Shown: positions 39,056-51,432, counted from the first letter of the whole stretch. The stretch is DNA of 63,306 nucleotides, filler included, from Octopus bimaculoides (GCF_001194135.2; 9 parts of 8 records of this genome joined end to end with filler, not necessarily neighbours in it), one strand, 5' to 3'. The notes: generated by a model from the letters alone, not told the origin. Numbers and translations: made by a program.

Positions 39056-39375
39056 CAGAGTGCGATGGGTAAATTGTCACCATTTTAGTAAATTGTCACA
39101 GAAGCAGGAGAACCCAGTCATGGCTGTCAGACAATTTCTGCAACCACATTATCCCTAACATCTGGCCACCTAACTCCCCAGACTGCAACCCCCTTGATTA
39201 TTACATGTGTGGCACAGTTGTGCGAGAGACCAACAAAACTCCTTGTAACACCAAAGGTGAACTGAAGGCAAGGATTGTGGCAGAAGAGTTGCAGGAGATT
39301 TCTAAGTCATGTGAAGCCAATGGCAATTTTATTGAATAAATTTACTCTTTAGTATTTCAAGATTTTTTTTTTTTG
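39056..39375 (+). mobile_element. maT/DD37D-type transposon deletion derivative (one TIR plus transposase C-terminus)
   Basis: TA+CAGAGTG terminus; IWPPNSPDCNPLDYY...ETNKTPCNTKGELKARI...ANGNFIE*. Confidence 0.8.
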
Positions 39376-39519
39376 TAATTTTGGTGAATATATTTAAGGA
39401 GTAAGATATTATGGCAGTAGTAACAGTATAGAAATGAAACAAAAACAACTTCACAGTAGAGATTTATTGCAAAAAATTAGAAATGAAAATTTTCCTTTTA
39501 GAGAAAATTATTTTTTCCT

Positions 39520-39710
39520 GTCTCTGGTCTATATTGTGTATATCTGTGAGCTACACTGTATATATTACTAGTCTACATGATTTATACCTCTTATCTACTC
39601 TGTTTATATTTCTGGTTTACAATGATTATATCTATGATCTACAAAGGTTATGTGTGGTCTACACTGTTGTTATCTCTGGTCTACAATAATTATATCTCTG
39701 GTCTACAGTG
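39520..39710. repeat. Degenerate minisatellite, about 22-23-bp unit (tatatctctggtctacaatgatt-like)
   Basis: Recurrent tctctggtctaca motif. Confidence 0.6.
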
Positions 39711-40229
39711 TTTATTACTCAAATGTTCAGTCACCAATTATGTACATAATTTTCATGACTCATTGACTGTGACTTTGTGTTTTGGTGAAGATATAACATC
39801 AAATTATATATAAAACTGTATTGTAAGAAATCTAGCACCCACTACTTGCAAATATTCTTGTTAAGACATATCTTAATGTCTCTGCTGTCATTAATTTCAG
39901 ATATTATAAGGGTATTAAGTGTGAATACATTGAGCTGAGGGTATGAGTCAATAATGGTAGTGAGACATAATACTTTGAGTTTGACATGATCTAATGAATG
40001 TGTAATTTTAACCTAGATGAAAGGTGGAGGGCATGTTGTGGCATAGTGAGTAATGCACCAGAAGTGAAGGGAAGCATAAGGGGATGATGCAGCAGAAGTG
40101 AGGGAGGAAATTATGTCAGGTAATGAAGCAAGAGATATGAGTGTCTCTTTTTCTAGACAGGTAGATACCAAGAACTCTGAGGAAGGGAATACGACAGACA
40201 GGATCAATGACAGGCATTGTTTTAATTAT

Positions 40230-40415
40230 TTCATTTTGATTTAAGCTTATGTTTTGTCTGAGTCAACATGGAGACTGATACCTTTAGCTGAATCTTCAAG
40301 ACCATGGAGAATGGTTTCTACTTGGCTTAATAGATTGGTAAGTAAGACTAAATCATCATTATAATCTGCACCTGATATTTTTGTGGCAGGATATCTATCA
40401 TACCTTCATGCACAT
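40230..40415 (-). mobile_element. RTE-clade RT fragment
   Basis: DRYPATKISGADYNDDLVLLTNLLSQVETILHGLEDSAKGISLHVDSDKT (YADD mutated). Confidence 0.7.
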
Positions 40416-40772
40416 AGTGTGACTTTTGCAAGATTGTGGGGCTGGCCTCACCCTCTTGTTGTCCTTCAGCTGAGGAGCTGACAAACATATGGATGTTCAG
40501 AATGTGACACAGCATTCTATTGATCGAAATGCTATTTCAAGAGTTCACTTCTGTCACACTTGCTTTTCCCCCTACTGAACCACGTCTCAGAATTTAGATT
40601 TTCTTTGTTGTTGTTGTTCAACCCTAGGTCAGCTCTGATCTAGTAGACCTGTTGAATAACTAGGCACAACACTCATATCTGTATTCTGTTTTTGACTGGC
40701 TGGGGACCACACTGCACACTCTGACACGCAATGAGGAACTTGATGTTATGCAGTGTAACACTTTGAATATAT

Positions 40773-41180
40773 ACTCTTACTCTTTACTCTTTTACTTGTT
40801 TCAGTCATTTGACTGTGGCCATGCTGGAGCACTGCCTTTAGTCGAGCAAATCGACCCCAGCGCTTATTCTTTGTAAGCCTAGTACTTATTCTATCGGTCT
40901 CTTTTTGCCAAACCGCTAAGTTACGGGGACGTAACACACCAGCATAGGTTTTCAAGCGATGTTGGGGGGACAAACACAGACACGCAGACACAGACAGGCA
41001 CACACACACACACGCACACACACATATATATATACATATATACGACGGGCTTGTTTCAGTTTCCGTCTACCAAATCCACTCACAAGACTTTGGTCGAATC
41101 GAGGCTATAGTAGAACACACTTGCCCAAGGTGCCACGCAGTGGGACTGAACCCGGAACCATGTGGTTCGTAAGCAAACTA
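40773..41180 (-). mobile_element. SINE family A, near full length
   Basis: Reverse complement match to 15503-15900. Confidence 0.9.
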
Positions 41181-41642
41181 TATTCTCTCTTCTATTTCAA
41201 TTTTATAAGTTTGCAGATTCTTGTGGCTGCCACGGTGGGCGTGAAAAATGGGGAATGCTTTTGACCACAGGTTGACTCGGGGCTAATAATCAATAACAAC
41301 ACCCTCACTTTGTAAGAAAGAAGACTTGTGTATGTATAAAGGAAATTTAACAGTCAAAACGGGAATGTTGCAGGGGACATAACTCTTAATTCATCAAACT
41401 GATTGACTATTATTACTTCTGTTGAGGTTACAAGTGAGTTTTACCAATGACATTTTTCCAAACATTCAGACTACAGATCTGTCTGACAGAGCCGAAGCTT
41501 TGAAGCCCCTATCAATAAGATATTTTTAAATATCTGTCTTGAGACTTGTAGTGGGTCCTTTATCCATTTTATAATGCTCAGTTTTTTTTAATGTTTATAA
41601 TAACTTTTTTTAACATGTGTATACACACACACAGATAAATAA

Positions 41643-41673
<31 letters not shown>

Positions 41674-41679
41674 GATAGA

Positions 41680-41718
<39 letters not shown>

Positions 41719-41756
41719 AAAGCGGACATTAAATGATGATGATCATGATGATGGTG

Positions 41757-43897
41757 GTATGAGTGACTAGACAAACAAAAGAAGGGCACTCAACACATTT
41801 ATTGGGAGTTACATGTATAAATCAAAGGAGTTTTATTCAGACTCCATGGTACTCTGAGTTTCAAGCATGTGGCTAGTCTTCGGCCATTGGGGTCTGAATG
41901 AGAGTTCAATTGAAGAGAGTCAATGTTTATTACTGGACGTTAGCCTGTGATTGGTCAAGAAAGGTCACGTGGCATAGCAGTATTTCAGCCAAAAACAGTT
42001 AGTTGGAAAATACCACATGGGGAACAGGAAATGGACTGCATGGTGGACAAGAAATCGGTCATGTGGTTAGGGGTGTGTAGGAAATGGCAGTAGATGTAGG
42101 AGTATATATGTATATATATACATGTATATACCCATATATCTGCATGTATGCATCTGTACTTATATGAGTGTGTATGCATATGTATGCTTAGATGTACATT
42201 CACACATCCGTGCACATACACACACACACACATACACACACACATGTACGTACACACACACACATATGCACATGCACACCTTTATTTCCATGCTTGAAAC
42301 TCAGAGTACCAAGGATTCTGAATCAAACTGTTTTCATCTGTACATGTAGCTCCCAATAAACTTACTGAGTGCCCTTCTTTCATTTCTCTACTCACTCATA
42401 CAATTGTTCCAAACTCTGTTGAGCACCGTTCACGAACATCTGACCAACAGTTTGCAATGGAGAGACAACCATTACTGTACTCACAGAGGAATATCCAAAT
42501 ACCTGCAAGGAAAATCTACTTAACGCGACAAATGGAGAAGACCGAAAGTGTCTTCAAACGAATGCATTGGAAAGCTTTCTTCTATGAGAACCCTTCCACT
42601 ACTACATCTGCAGATAAGTTTGGCTTTAAATCCTGAAAGTGTCCTCCGCGTATGAAAGACCATGAGAACTTTCAGACTGACTTATGGAACATTGTAAAGA
42701 AGGTAAGGTTTTGGCATTATTCTAACCCCGTCCTTAAATCCTTAAATGACTATATGACCAGTATTAAACGATCTCCCAGTGTACACATCCTCACAGACAA
42801 GACAAAAAAATATTTATGAAACAAACATTTCCACACATTTAAGTCTCCTCGCAAGTGCCATCACCAAAACATACAAAAAAAACTGTAATTCCACATACAA
42901 CGCCATAAACACAGAAACAAAGGAGCTGACTACCCACCTTAAGATAATGGAACATATGAACAGCCTTGCCCCCCCCCCCACACACACATACCATATTACA
43001 CTTAAGGACCATAAGCCTAATTTCCATTCCGACCCCAAATACAGTCTGATCAACCTCTCTAAAAGTGAGATAGGTATCATTAGCAAGCGTATTCTCGATA
43101 CTATCAATTGTGACATCAGAAGGGCTACAAGGTTGACTCAATGGCACTCCTGCACAGCTGTAATAGACTGGTTCCATGGTATCGAGAATAAATCAGCCTG
43201 AAAATTCAACCAGTTTGATATTGTTGGCTTCTACCCTTCCCTCTCTAAGCGCCCTTCCCCCCCCCCCCNNNNNNNNNNGGCCCTAGCTTTTGCTTGACAA
43301 TTTACCAATATAATTAATCTTGATATCAGAATCATCATGAATGCCAGAAAGTCAATTCTGGTCTGTGTCGATTCCTCATGGGTGAAGAAAGAAGGGAATC
43401 CATTGTTTGGCGTCTCTATGGGGAGCTTTGCCGGAGCTAAAACTGCCAACCTAATCAAGTTATACATATTGGATACCCTCAAGTGACGTACCCATCAACA
43501 TAGGTCAGCCTTCTATAGGGACGATGGCCTAGCTATCTCAAGCCATGTGAATAGCCTGCCATGAACAGGTTCAAGGAGGACTCAATAAAATCATTCAAAG
43601 AGTTCAGCCTGTCCATAACGGTTACTACCAGCCTGGCTATAGTCAATTTCTTGAGTGTAACCTTAGACCTGAACATGGGGAAATACTACCCCCCACAGGA
43701 AGCCTAATGAAGAAACGGTATATATCCACAAGAGCTCAACCTCAACCTCCATTGTAATTAGAAACCTAGTTTTAGACATTAGCAAATGGGTGTCTAAACT
43801 CTCAGCCAACATGGAGATCTTTAATTGGGCCGCTCCCTCACTACAACGATGCTAAAGTTGGGAGCAGATTTTCTGAGAAGCTCACATGTAGACGAAC
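41757..43897 (+). mobile_element. Penelope-like retroelement: inverted pseudo-LTR, sense partial pseudo-LTR and decayed RT ORF
   Basis: 41757-41869 is an inverted copy of 42289-42401. ORF from ATG 42457: YSQRNIQIP...KRMHWKAFF...FGFKS...TDKT...LINLSKSEIG...DIVGFYPSL...ARKSIL...WVKK...GVSMGSFAGA...FYRDDGL...VNFLSVTLDL...FSEKLT, with stops and frameshifts. Confidence 0.9.
41834..41899 (-). ncRNA. Type I hammerhead ribozyme motif (mutated) in the Penelope pseudo-LTR
   Basis: UUCAGACCCCAAUGG-CCGAAGA-CUAGCCACAUGCUU-GAA-ACUC-A-GAGU-A-CCAUGGAGUCUGAA: about 14-bp stem I, GUA cleavage triplet, near-palindromic stem III; core U4>C and stem II closing pair broken. Confidence 0.65.
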
Positions 43898-43899
43898 CC

Positions 43900-43955
43900 T
43901 TTGACCTCAACCCTGGGTTCTCATTCCTAAGGTATTTTTTTGCTGATGTTATCAT
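43900..43955 (-). mobile_element. SINE family D body fragment (separated from its head by the R4/Dong insertion)
   Basis: Reverse complement of 45908-45960 in the uninterrupted copy. Confidence 0.8.
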
Positions 43956-44011
43956 TATTATTATTATTATTATTATTGTTATTATTATTATTATTTTTAT
44001 TATTATCATCA

Positions 44012-44079
<68 letters not shown>

Positions 44080-45586
44080 TTAAAATAAAATATGGTCTGT
44101 TGTCTTCTACTGAACCGGGATCATCCCTTGACCCTAGGGTCACAGCAGGTCCTCATCTCATGGAGAGTACACAGCATAAAATGTGTGCAGAACCTAGCAA
44201 CACTATTTTCTGAAGTTCTATCATGTTAACACTGCAAGGGAGTTTGTTGAGCTGCTTATTAAGGCCCTTTTTAATTAGCCCTAATGCTCCAATCACCACT
44301 GGTGCTGTACTGCTTTTCATTCCCCGCATCTTGGTCACTTCTATTTCGAGGTCTTTGTACTTAAATAATTTCTCAACTTCTTTAATGGCCACATTTCTCT
44401 ATGATGATACTATCACATCTATCATTAAGCATTTCTTATTGTTCCCATCTTTGATGATTATGTCCAGCGTGTTTGCCTTGATTTCTTTATCAGTGTTGAT
44501 TGGCATGTCCCAGAGTACTGTTACATCATCTTTTCCGGTCACAGTTTCAGGTTTATGCTGGTACCATCTTTCTGAAGCTGGAAGCTGGTAGTGTTTACAT
44601 ATCTTCCAATGGATATATTGCGCTACTCTGTCATGTCTATGAATATATTTGGTTTTTGAAAGCACTGTACATCCAGTTAGTGGAGGCGCAATGGCCCAGT
44701 GGTTAGGGCAGCGGACTCGCGGTCATAGGATCGTGGTTTCGATTTCCAGACCGGGCGTTGTGAGTGTTTATTGAGCGAAAACACCTAAAGCTTCACGAGG
44801 CTCCGGCAGGGGATGGTGGTGAACCCTGCTGTACTCTTTCACCACAACTTTCTCTCACTCTTTCTTCCTGTTTCTGTTGTACCTGTAATTCAAAGGGTCA
44901 GCCTTGTCACACTGAGTCACGCTGAATATCCCCGAGAACTACGTTAAGGGTACACGGGTCTATGCAGTGCTCAGCCACTTGCACGTTAATTTCACGAGCA
45001 GGCTGTTCCGTTGATCGGATCAACTGGAACCCTCGACGTCGTAAGTGACAGAGTGCCAACAACATCTAGTTAAGATGTGGTCCACTGTTTCATCCTGCTC
45101 ATAACACATTCTGCATTCCGGGTCAGTGCCGTCATTCAATATTTTGTTGTGGTAAGCCCTGGTTGCCAAGCTTTGATCTTGTGCTGCTATGATAAAACCT
45201 TCGGTTCCAGCCTTCAGTCCTGAGCTCTTCATCCATACATGAGTGTCTCGTTTTTCTACATCTGGTTTGTTCACTCTACATGGGTATCGGCCATGCATCG
45301 GTTTTTCTAGCCATTCTTTGCTCTTCTTCTGAGCTTGTTTTTTCATCCTTTCCTTAATTCTTTTAGCAAACTGGGTTACTTTCTCACTCACCTTCATCCT
45401 AGGTTCCGCCATCATCAGTTGTTTCTTAAACTGTACAGATTCTTTGTATACCGAGTATAGCTTCTTTGCTTTATCATGCTGGTGCACAAGCTTCATTAGA
45501 GGATCTTTGACAGCTCAAGATATGTATTTAATCCTACAGTGGTGGTTTTATAAGATAATTCTAATTGAGTTAGTCCTCTTCCTTCC
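44080..45586 (-). mobile_element. R4/Dong-type LINE, 5'-truncated, inserted in an (AAT)n tract
   Basis: GRGL...EGFIIAAQDQ...CRMCYEQDETVDHILTGC (CCHC knuckle), RHDRVAQYIHW, LWDMPINTD, DII.KD, EK..KYKDLEIE, VVIGALG; (AAT)n on both flanks. Confidence 0.9.
44680..45061 (+). mobile_element. SINE family C, full length (382 bp), with 11-bp TSD
   Basis: tRNA-like head ggcgcaatggcccagtggttagggcagcggactcgcgg...; (AAC)n tail; TSD acatccagtta (44669-44679) vs acatctagtta (45062-45072); removing it restores VDHILTGCTVLSKTK. Confidence 0.92.
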
Positions 45587-45601
45587 ATTATTATTATTAT
45601 T

Positions 45602-45636
<35 letters not shown>

Positions 45637-45660
45637 TATTATTATTATTATTATTATTAC

Positions 45661-45696
<36 letters not shown>

Positions 45697-45711
45697 TATT
45701 ATTATTATTAT

Positions 45712-45791
45712 TTATTCAAAGCAGTGCCTGGAATTGAACTCACAATCTTGGGGTTAGTGGGCCGTGCTCTTAACTATCACGCTATATGCCC
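45712..45791 (-). mobile_element. SINE family D tRNA-like head
   Basis: Inverted copy of 45817-45897. Confidence 0.85.
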
Positions 45792-45816
45792 TAAAATTCA
45801 CTCTATAATTGCCCAT

Positions 45817-45960
45817 GGGCATATAGTGTAATGGTTAAGAGTGCAGGCTACTAACCCCAAGATTGCGAGTTCAATTCCAGCCAGTGCCTTGAATAAATGA
45901 TAATAATAAGAACATCAGCAAAAAAATACCTTCGGAAGGAGAACCCAGGGTTGGGTTCAA
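45817..45960 (+). mobile_element. SINE family D, uninterrupted copy with a short internal (AAT) run
   Basis: A-box-like TAGTGTAATGG, B-box-like GAGTTCAATTCC, then gataataataag and aacatcagcaaaaaaatacc body. Confidence 0.8.
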
Positions 45961-46106
45961 AATTCTACCAGGACACCTGAAACGTGGTAACAGCAAAGAT
46001 GAGGACACATATCCATCCAATGTAAATAATGTAAATGATTTTTATCTCTTTCCTATGAAAATCTCAGAAATGTCATTCTTTTCACAGGCAAGTGAAATAG
46101 AAATAG

Positions 46107-46451
46107 ATTGTTGCCGTGCCCCTGAACTGGCTTTGTGCGAGGCCGTCATGGGATTTTCGAGCGAGATCGTTGCCAGTGCCCCTGGACTTGCCCATGTGCA
46201 GGCAACACATGAAATTTTTCGAGCGGGATCGTTGCCAGTGCCCCTGAACTGGCTCATGTGCGGGCGACACATGATATCTTTCGAGCGAGATCGTTGCCAA
46301 TGCCCCTGGACTGGCTCTTGTGCGGGCGACACATGAAATCTTTAGAGCGGGATCATGGCCTGTGTCCCTGGACTGGCTCATGTGCGGGTGACACATGAAG
46401 TCTTTCGAGCGGGATCGCTGCCAGTGCCACTGGTTTGGGTCATGTGCGGGC
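46107..46451 (+). repeat. Tandem array of about 62-bp units (at least 5.5 copies, runs into a gap)
   Basis: Unit atcgttgccagtgcccctg(g/a)actggctcatgtgcgggcgacacatga.atctttcgagcg(g/a)g. Confidence 0.92.
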
Positions 46452-46551
46452 NNNNNNNNNNNNNNNNNNNNNNNNNNNNNNNNNNNNNNNNNNNNTTAAT
46501 TAATTAANNNNNNNNNNNNNNNNNNNNNNNNNNNNNNNNNNNNNNNNNNNN

Positions 46552-46584
<33 letters not shown>

Positions 46585-46739
46585 GTATGTATATATATCT
46601 GTTATGTGTGCGGTCTAAGAACAACAATCATATAAAACCGAGCACGTGCGAGACCTAAGCAAAACAACAGCTCACTCGTACACGCTCTGAAATAAATAAA
46701 TTAATATCAAAACAAGACGAAGCAATATTAAAGCAGCCA

Positions 46740-47264
46740 TCGTTTGTTTCCTCTTTCTCTCTTCCTTAATCTATTTGCCTATCTTTTCCTATCTTCCTTT
46801 CTCTCTACCTCATTCTCTCTGTCTTTTACTAATTCTCATCCCTCTCAATCACCCACCCTCTCTTACAGACCCACTTTCATTTCTCTTAGTACCTCTCTTT
46901 TTTTTTTGTTTTCTATCCTTTTCTCTTGACGCTGTTCCTTCAACTAAGTTTCTCTCTCTTTTTATCTTCCCTCTCTCTCTCTCTCTCTTTATTTATGCGT
47001 CCATATTTCTCTGTCTTTGTCTCTTTCTCCCTTTCTTCCTATTTATCTACCAACTTTCTCTCTCTCTCTCTCTTTCTCTCACAGACACACTTTCTTTTGC
47101 ATCACCACCACCACCACACGTTAGCATCATTACCATCACCATGGTGATCATTATCCTACAAACTCTCTCTCTCTTTCTCTCTCCATCAATCTATCTGTCC
47201 ATCTATTTATTCATGAACTAGTTCCCTATCTATCTATCGATCTATCTATCCGTTCAGTCATTCA

Positions 47265-47303
<39 letters not shown>

Positions 47304-47340
47304 ATCTATCTATCTATCTGTCTGTCTATCTGTCTATCTG

Positions 47341-47405
<65 letters not shown>

Positions 47406-48210
47406 GTCTGTCGATATGTCTGTCTATCTGTCTATCTATGTATGTATGTAGTGTATCGCCTGATTTTATTTGTCTCTCTATATAAGAAACGATTTTTTCA
47501 ACACCCTCGTCATTTCTTTATCCCTTTTGTTTTTCAACAAACCTCTCATTATAACTCATCCCCCCCACTCTCTCTCTCTCTCTCTCTCTCTCTTCTATCC
47601 CCCTCCACTCACATGTCGTTTTTGTCTTATACACACACGTTTATACAAACACCACTCTTCATACACACACAACACTGACACAAAACAAAATCAAACTTTT
47701 TCTACCTTTACCTTTCTTTTACTTTCTCACTCCCTCTCACTATTTCTTTCCCACCCCGTATTTCTCTTTCTCTTTTTCTTCCTAACTTTCTGTCTATTGT
47801 GATTAATCTTTCTTTAGCTTTAGTTTTTCCTCTCTCTTTCACTCTCCTTATTTTTCTTTCTCTCTAACTTCCCCCCTCTCTCTCTCTCTAACTTCCTCTT
47901 TATTGTCATTATTTTCTCCCCTTCTCTTTTGCTTTCTTTTATCTCGCTATCTAGTCATCGTCTTCCTCCCCTTCTCCCCTCATTTTCTAATCTATATTTC
48001 TTCTGTTCTCTCTTTCTCTCTGTCTCTCTCTTCCCTCTCTTACAACTTTACTTCTTTCCACTGTTGTTTTAAAATTCTCTCTCTTCTCCTTTTATTTTTC
48101 ATTCTCTCCTTTTAAAAAATAAAAACATTCGCAATCCCCCTCTCTCTTTGCTTTTTATATTTTCCTCTCTCCTATTCCTCCTTGTTACATCCCCCTTCCT
48201 CTTTTCACTT
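46740..48210. repeat. Polypyrimidine and (CTAT)n low-complexity region
   Basis: Direct inspection. Confidence 0.9.
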
Positions 48211-48213
48211 CTT

Positions 48214-48223
48214 AACCAATCAG
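48214..48223 (+). promoter_or_regulatory. CCAAT (NF-Y) box upstream of the candidate first exon
   Basis: AACCAATCAG fits the NF-Y consensus and starts a CpG-rich unique segment about 130 bp upstream of ATG 48347. Confidence 0.4.
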
Positions 48224-48346
48224 AATCGACCGACTTCACACAGTCCCACCAACCGACCGACTGATGGACCGACCCGCCAGACAGATGTAATTAGCTTCAA
48301 ATCGAAATGGACTAACAAAAAAAAGTTTTATTAGCGTCAACTACCG

Positions 48347-48425
48347 ATGGATGTAAAAGTATTCTTCTTCTTTCTATTTGGACTTAATGAAATATTGCAA
48401 GGCCCCAGCTGTTGCATGGCCACAG
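48347..48425 (+). CDS. Probable first coding exon encoding a signal peptide (secreted or membrane protein, identity unknown)
   Basis: ATG G; MDVKVFFFFLFGLNEILQGPSCCMAT + G; 79 nt ending at consensus CAG|GTAAGA, phase 1, a common layout for signal-peptide exons. Confidence 0.55.
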
Positions 48426-50235
48426 GTAAGACAACTAAACTTATTTCATTTAATAGATTAAATAAATAAATAGCTATATAGATAGGCAGGTAGGTAAGGT
48501 ATATCGGTAGATTGAACTCCGAAGCAAACGTAATTACACAATTTTAATGAATGAATGTATCTAATAATAATAAATCTTACTTCAGGGATGATCTTATTTG
48601 TGTAAAATCTAAAACAATTTGTTCATGTTTAAAACTAAACAACTAAACTACCTTAAACAGGTATCCTTGGGTAATTATGAACAAGGTATACCTTTCGATA
48701 GTAAATACATTCACTTAAATAATAAAAAAAAAAACGAGTGTTTATCTCTTCCTTTCTTTTTCTTTAAATATTTAAAACATGACATCTTTTTAAATTCCTT
48801 TTCTCTCTTTCTGTTTTTAAAACCTGACTTGCGATTTAAGTTCCGATATTCTTTGTATATAAACGAAAATTAGTCAGAACACGGATCGCAAAACTTTTAT
48901 AAATATTATCAAATATATCTAAATTTTAAACGAACGTACAACTTTTATTTTGTCACATTTTCACGTTAGATATTCCCCAGTGTCACTCCACAACTGAGGT
49001 GAGCCTCGCTTTATTTTCTGTCATATCCGTCAGTATCTCTCTCGGTCTGTATTCAACAATTGTGCTCACCTTAAAACAGTTTCCAGTGTGGCCTTGCGTC
49101 TCATTCACAAAAGACACGACAATTATTCCTATTTAAAATTTTTAAAAAAAGTTTGTTTAGTGTTTTTCGTTTATTCATTTGTTTATTTATCATTCTGTCG
49201 GCATTTGACAATTTTCTTTCTTATAATCACTTCCCCTCCTCCAATAAACAATGTTTACGAAGTTAACAACTTTGAAAAACATGATACAATAATAATTATT
49301 ATTGTTATTATCATTATCATTATTATTGTTGTTGTTAGTATATTGTTATTATGATTATCATTAATGAAGATAATGATGATGTCGTTGTTATTAATTACTA
49401 CTATAATTGTGATTACCCTATAGTTTTTGAAAAAGAAAACGACACGGAACAATTTAGTCGATGCTTACATCGAACAAAATCAGACGAGATGGTCATGGTT
49501 GGAACACTTGATAATGTATCATCTCGTCTAGAGTCAACCTAGGGTTAAACAACAACAACAGTCGCGTTGTAACCACTAACAACAACTAAATAGGAAGATA
49601 AGTATACCTCCACAATTTTGCACTGGAAGAGCAAACCCTATACAAGTGAGATAGTTTTATGGGTCGTTCGATTGTGTTATAAGGTCTTGCTCGATTTAGG
49701 ACTGACCTAGGTCTAAGCAACAACTATTGCGTTCTGCTAGAAATAGCAGCAAAATCTCTCAAATTACACTCTGCTCTATAAAGATAAAAGAAGGGTGCAT
49801 TAGATAATGTAGTTCTCGGTAACTGAAAGTGTAGGTGATGATCACGACTAGAATTGACTTTGATTATAGGGTCTGGCCGAGGGCTAAACAATAACGCTCG
49901 CATTTTTAACACTACCGTCACAACCACCAACAACACACGCTATTACTACCGTGACCACCACCACCAACAACAACAACAACAACAACAACAACATAGGAAT
50001 AGTTTAGGAATAGTAGTAGTTGTCTCGCAAATCTTTCGGAGAAACTATATGAGAAGTAAAAGTATTTTTTTCCCCAACTGAACCGATTACGTTTATAAAT
50101 TATTTTGTGTATGCATGTATGTATGTATGTGTACACACCTACATATAAATTATACAAAACTGCACATAATCACATACATATATATACTTACACTAATGTA
50201 CATACATAAACACATAAATACATGCAAAAAACATA

Positions 50236-50287
<52 letters not shown>

Positions 50288-51375
50288 AACACACACACAA
50301 ACATACATACATAATAGTTTATTTAAATATATATGAGCATGTCTAGATATGCAACTATCTGCATGAGAATAAATAAATAAACAAAATCCCCCATAGTGAA
50401 GTTAATCCAATGAGGATGATTCGGAGAAAACCTTATACAAAAAGTTCCGGGTTATTCTGCCGTCTCCAAGGCTTTGAATAAGAGAAAAATTGTAGTCAAA
50501 ACAAATACTTCCTTTTCTGTTTTTCCATCCGGTATGGGACTTCGAAGGGACAGCTATTCGGAAACTCCATCATCCCACAAATACCGCCACTAACCCCCTT
50601 CTGCAACAAAACCAATACGAGCAAAACTAACAAATTGACCTATTGTTTTCTGGTGTAGGTGATGTCTGTACGTGTGTCATGTCTAACTCTTACCTGTAAT
50701 TTTCTACCTATGAACCTGTAATTCTGATTTACCTGTAACTTTAAATGCACACCGCACTAACAATTGTGCCCTGCACGAATTCTGCATCACCTCTCTTCTC
50801 GCTAACATATATTAAGTTCGCGCGCACGTGTATATGTGTGTATGTGTGCATTGAACTGTCCATGTGTATGTTTCTACGGCAGTGTTTACAAAGCAAATGG
50901 GTGTACTACATATAGGCGTTTGGATTCTCGAACAGGTCTTTTATTTGTTTGTGAAGCTAACTATCTTTATAAATGTGGACATAATAATCTGGCTTAGAAA
51001 GAACGATAGTAATAGTACTGATGGTGGTGGTGGTGGTGGTGGGTGACTACAGAGGGTTTCAGGAGGGGAAGAATTTGGAAAGTTAGCTGAAAGGCTTTGT
51101 TTGCTTGTGTGTGTGTGTGTGTGCGTGCGTGCGTGCGGTGAGCGAGAGGGAGAAAGATTAATAATAGTAAAAATAATAATAATAATAATTATAATAATAG
51201 TAATACTGGTGAGGTCTCAACAGGTAGATAGGCGTTCAAAGGCAAACCAGCTAGCGAAACACACGCTTCGACCCAGATATGTAAAGTCTCCCTTCCACCC
51301 CGGCGGCTGTAGAAATGCGATGATGCCGAAGTGTCATGTTCGTTTGGACATAACTGAAGTATAAATATACGTGCG

Positions 51376-51432
<57 letters not shown>

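Noticed and set aside
45817-45890. tRNA-like sequences (also 44683, 15503, 55940)
   Set aside because: They have A and B boxes but no full acceptor stem and run into repeat bodies; they are SINE heads, not tRNA genes.
46042-46396. Three overlapping ORFs with repeated peptides
   Set aside because: By-product of the GC-rich 62-bp tandem repeat; the unit is not a multiple of 3. Not a CRISPR array either, since there are no unique spacers.
50690-50745. Four CAG/TAG-GT donor-like motifs in a row on the minus strand
   Set aside because: Short degenerate repeat with no upstream acceptor or open frame.
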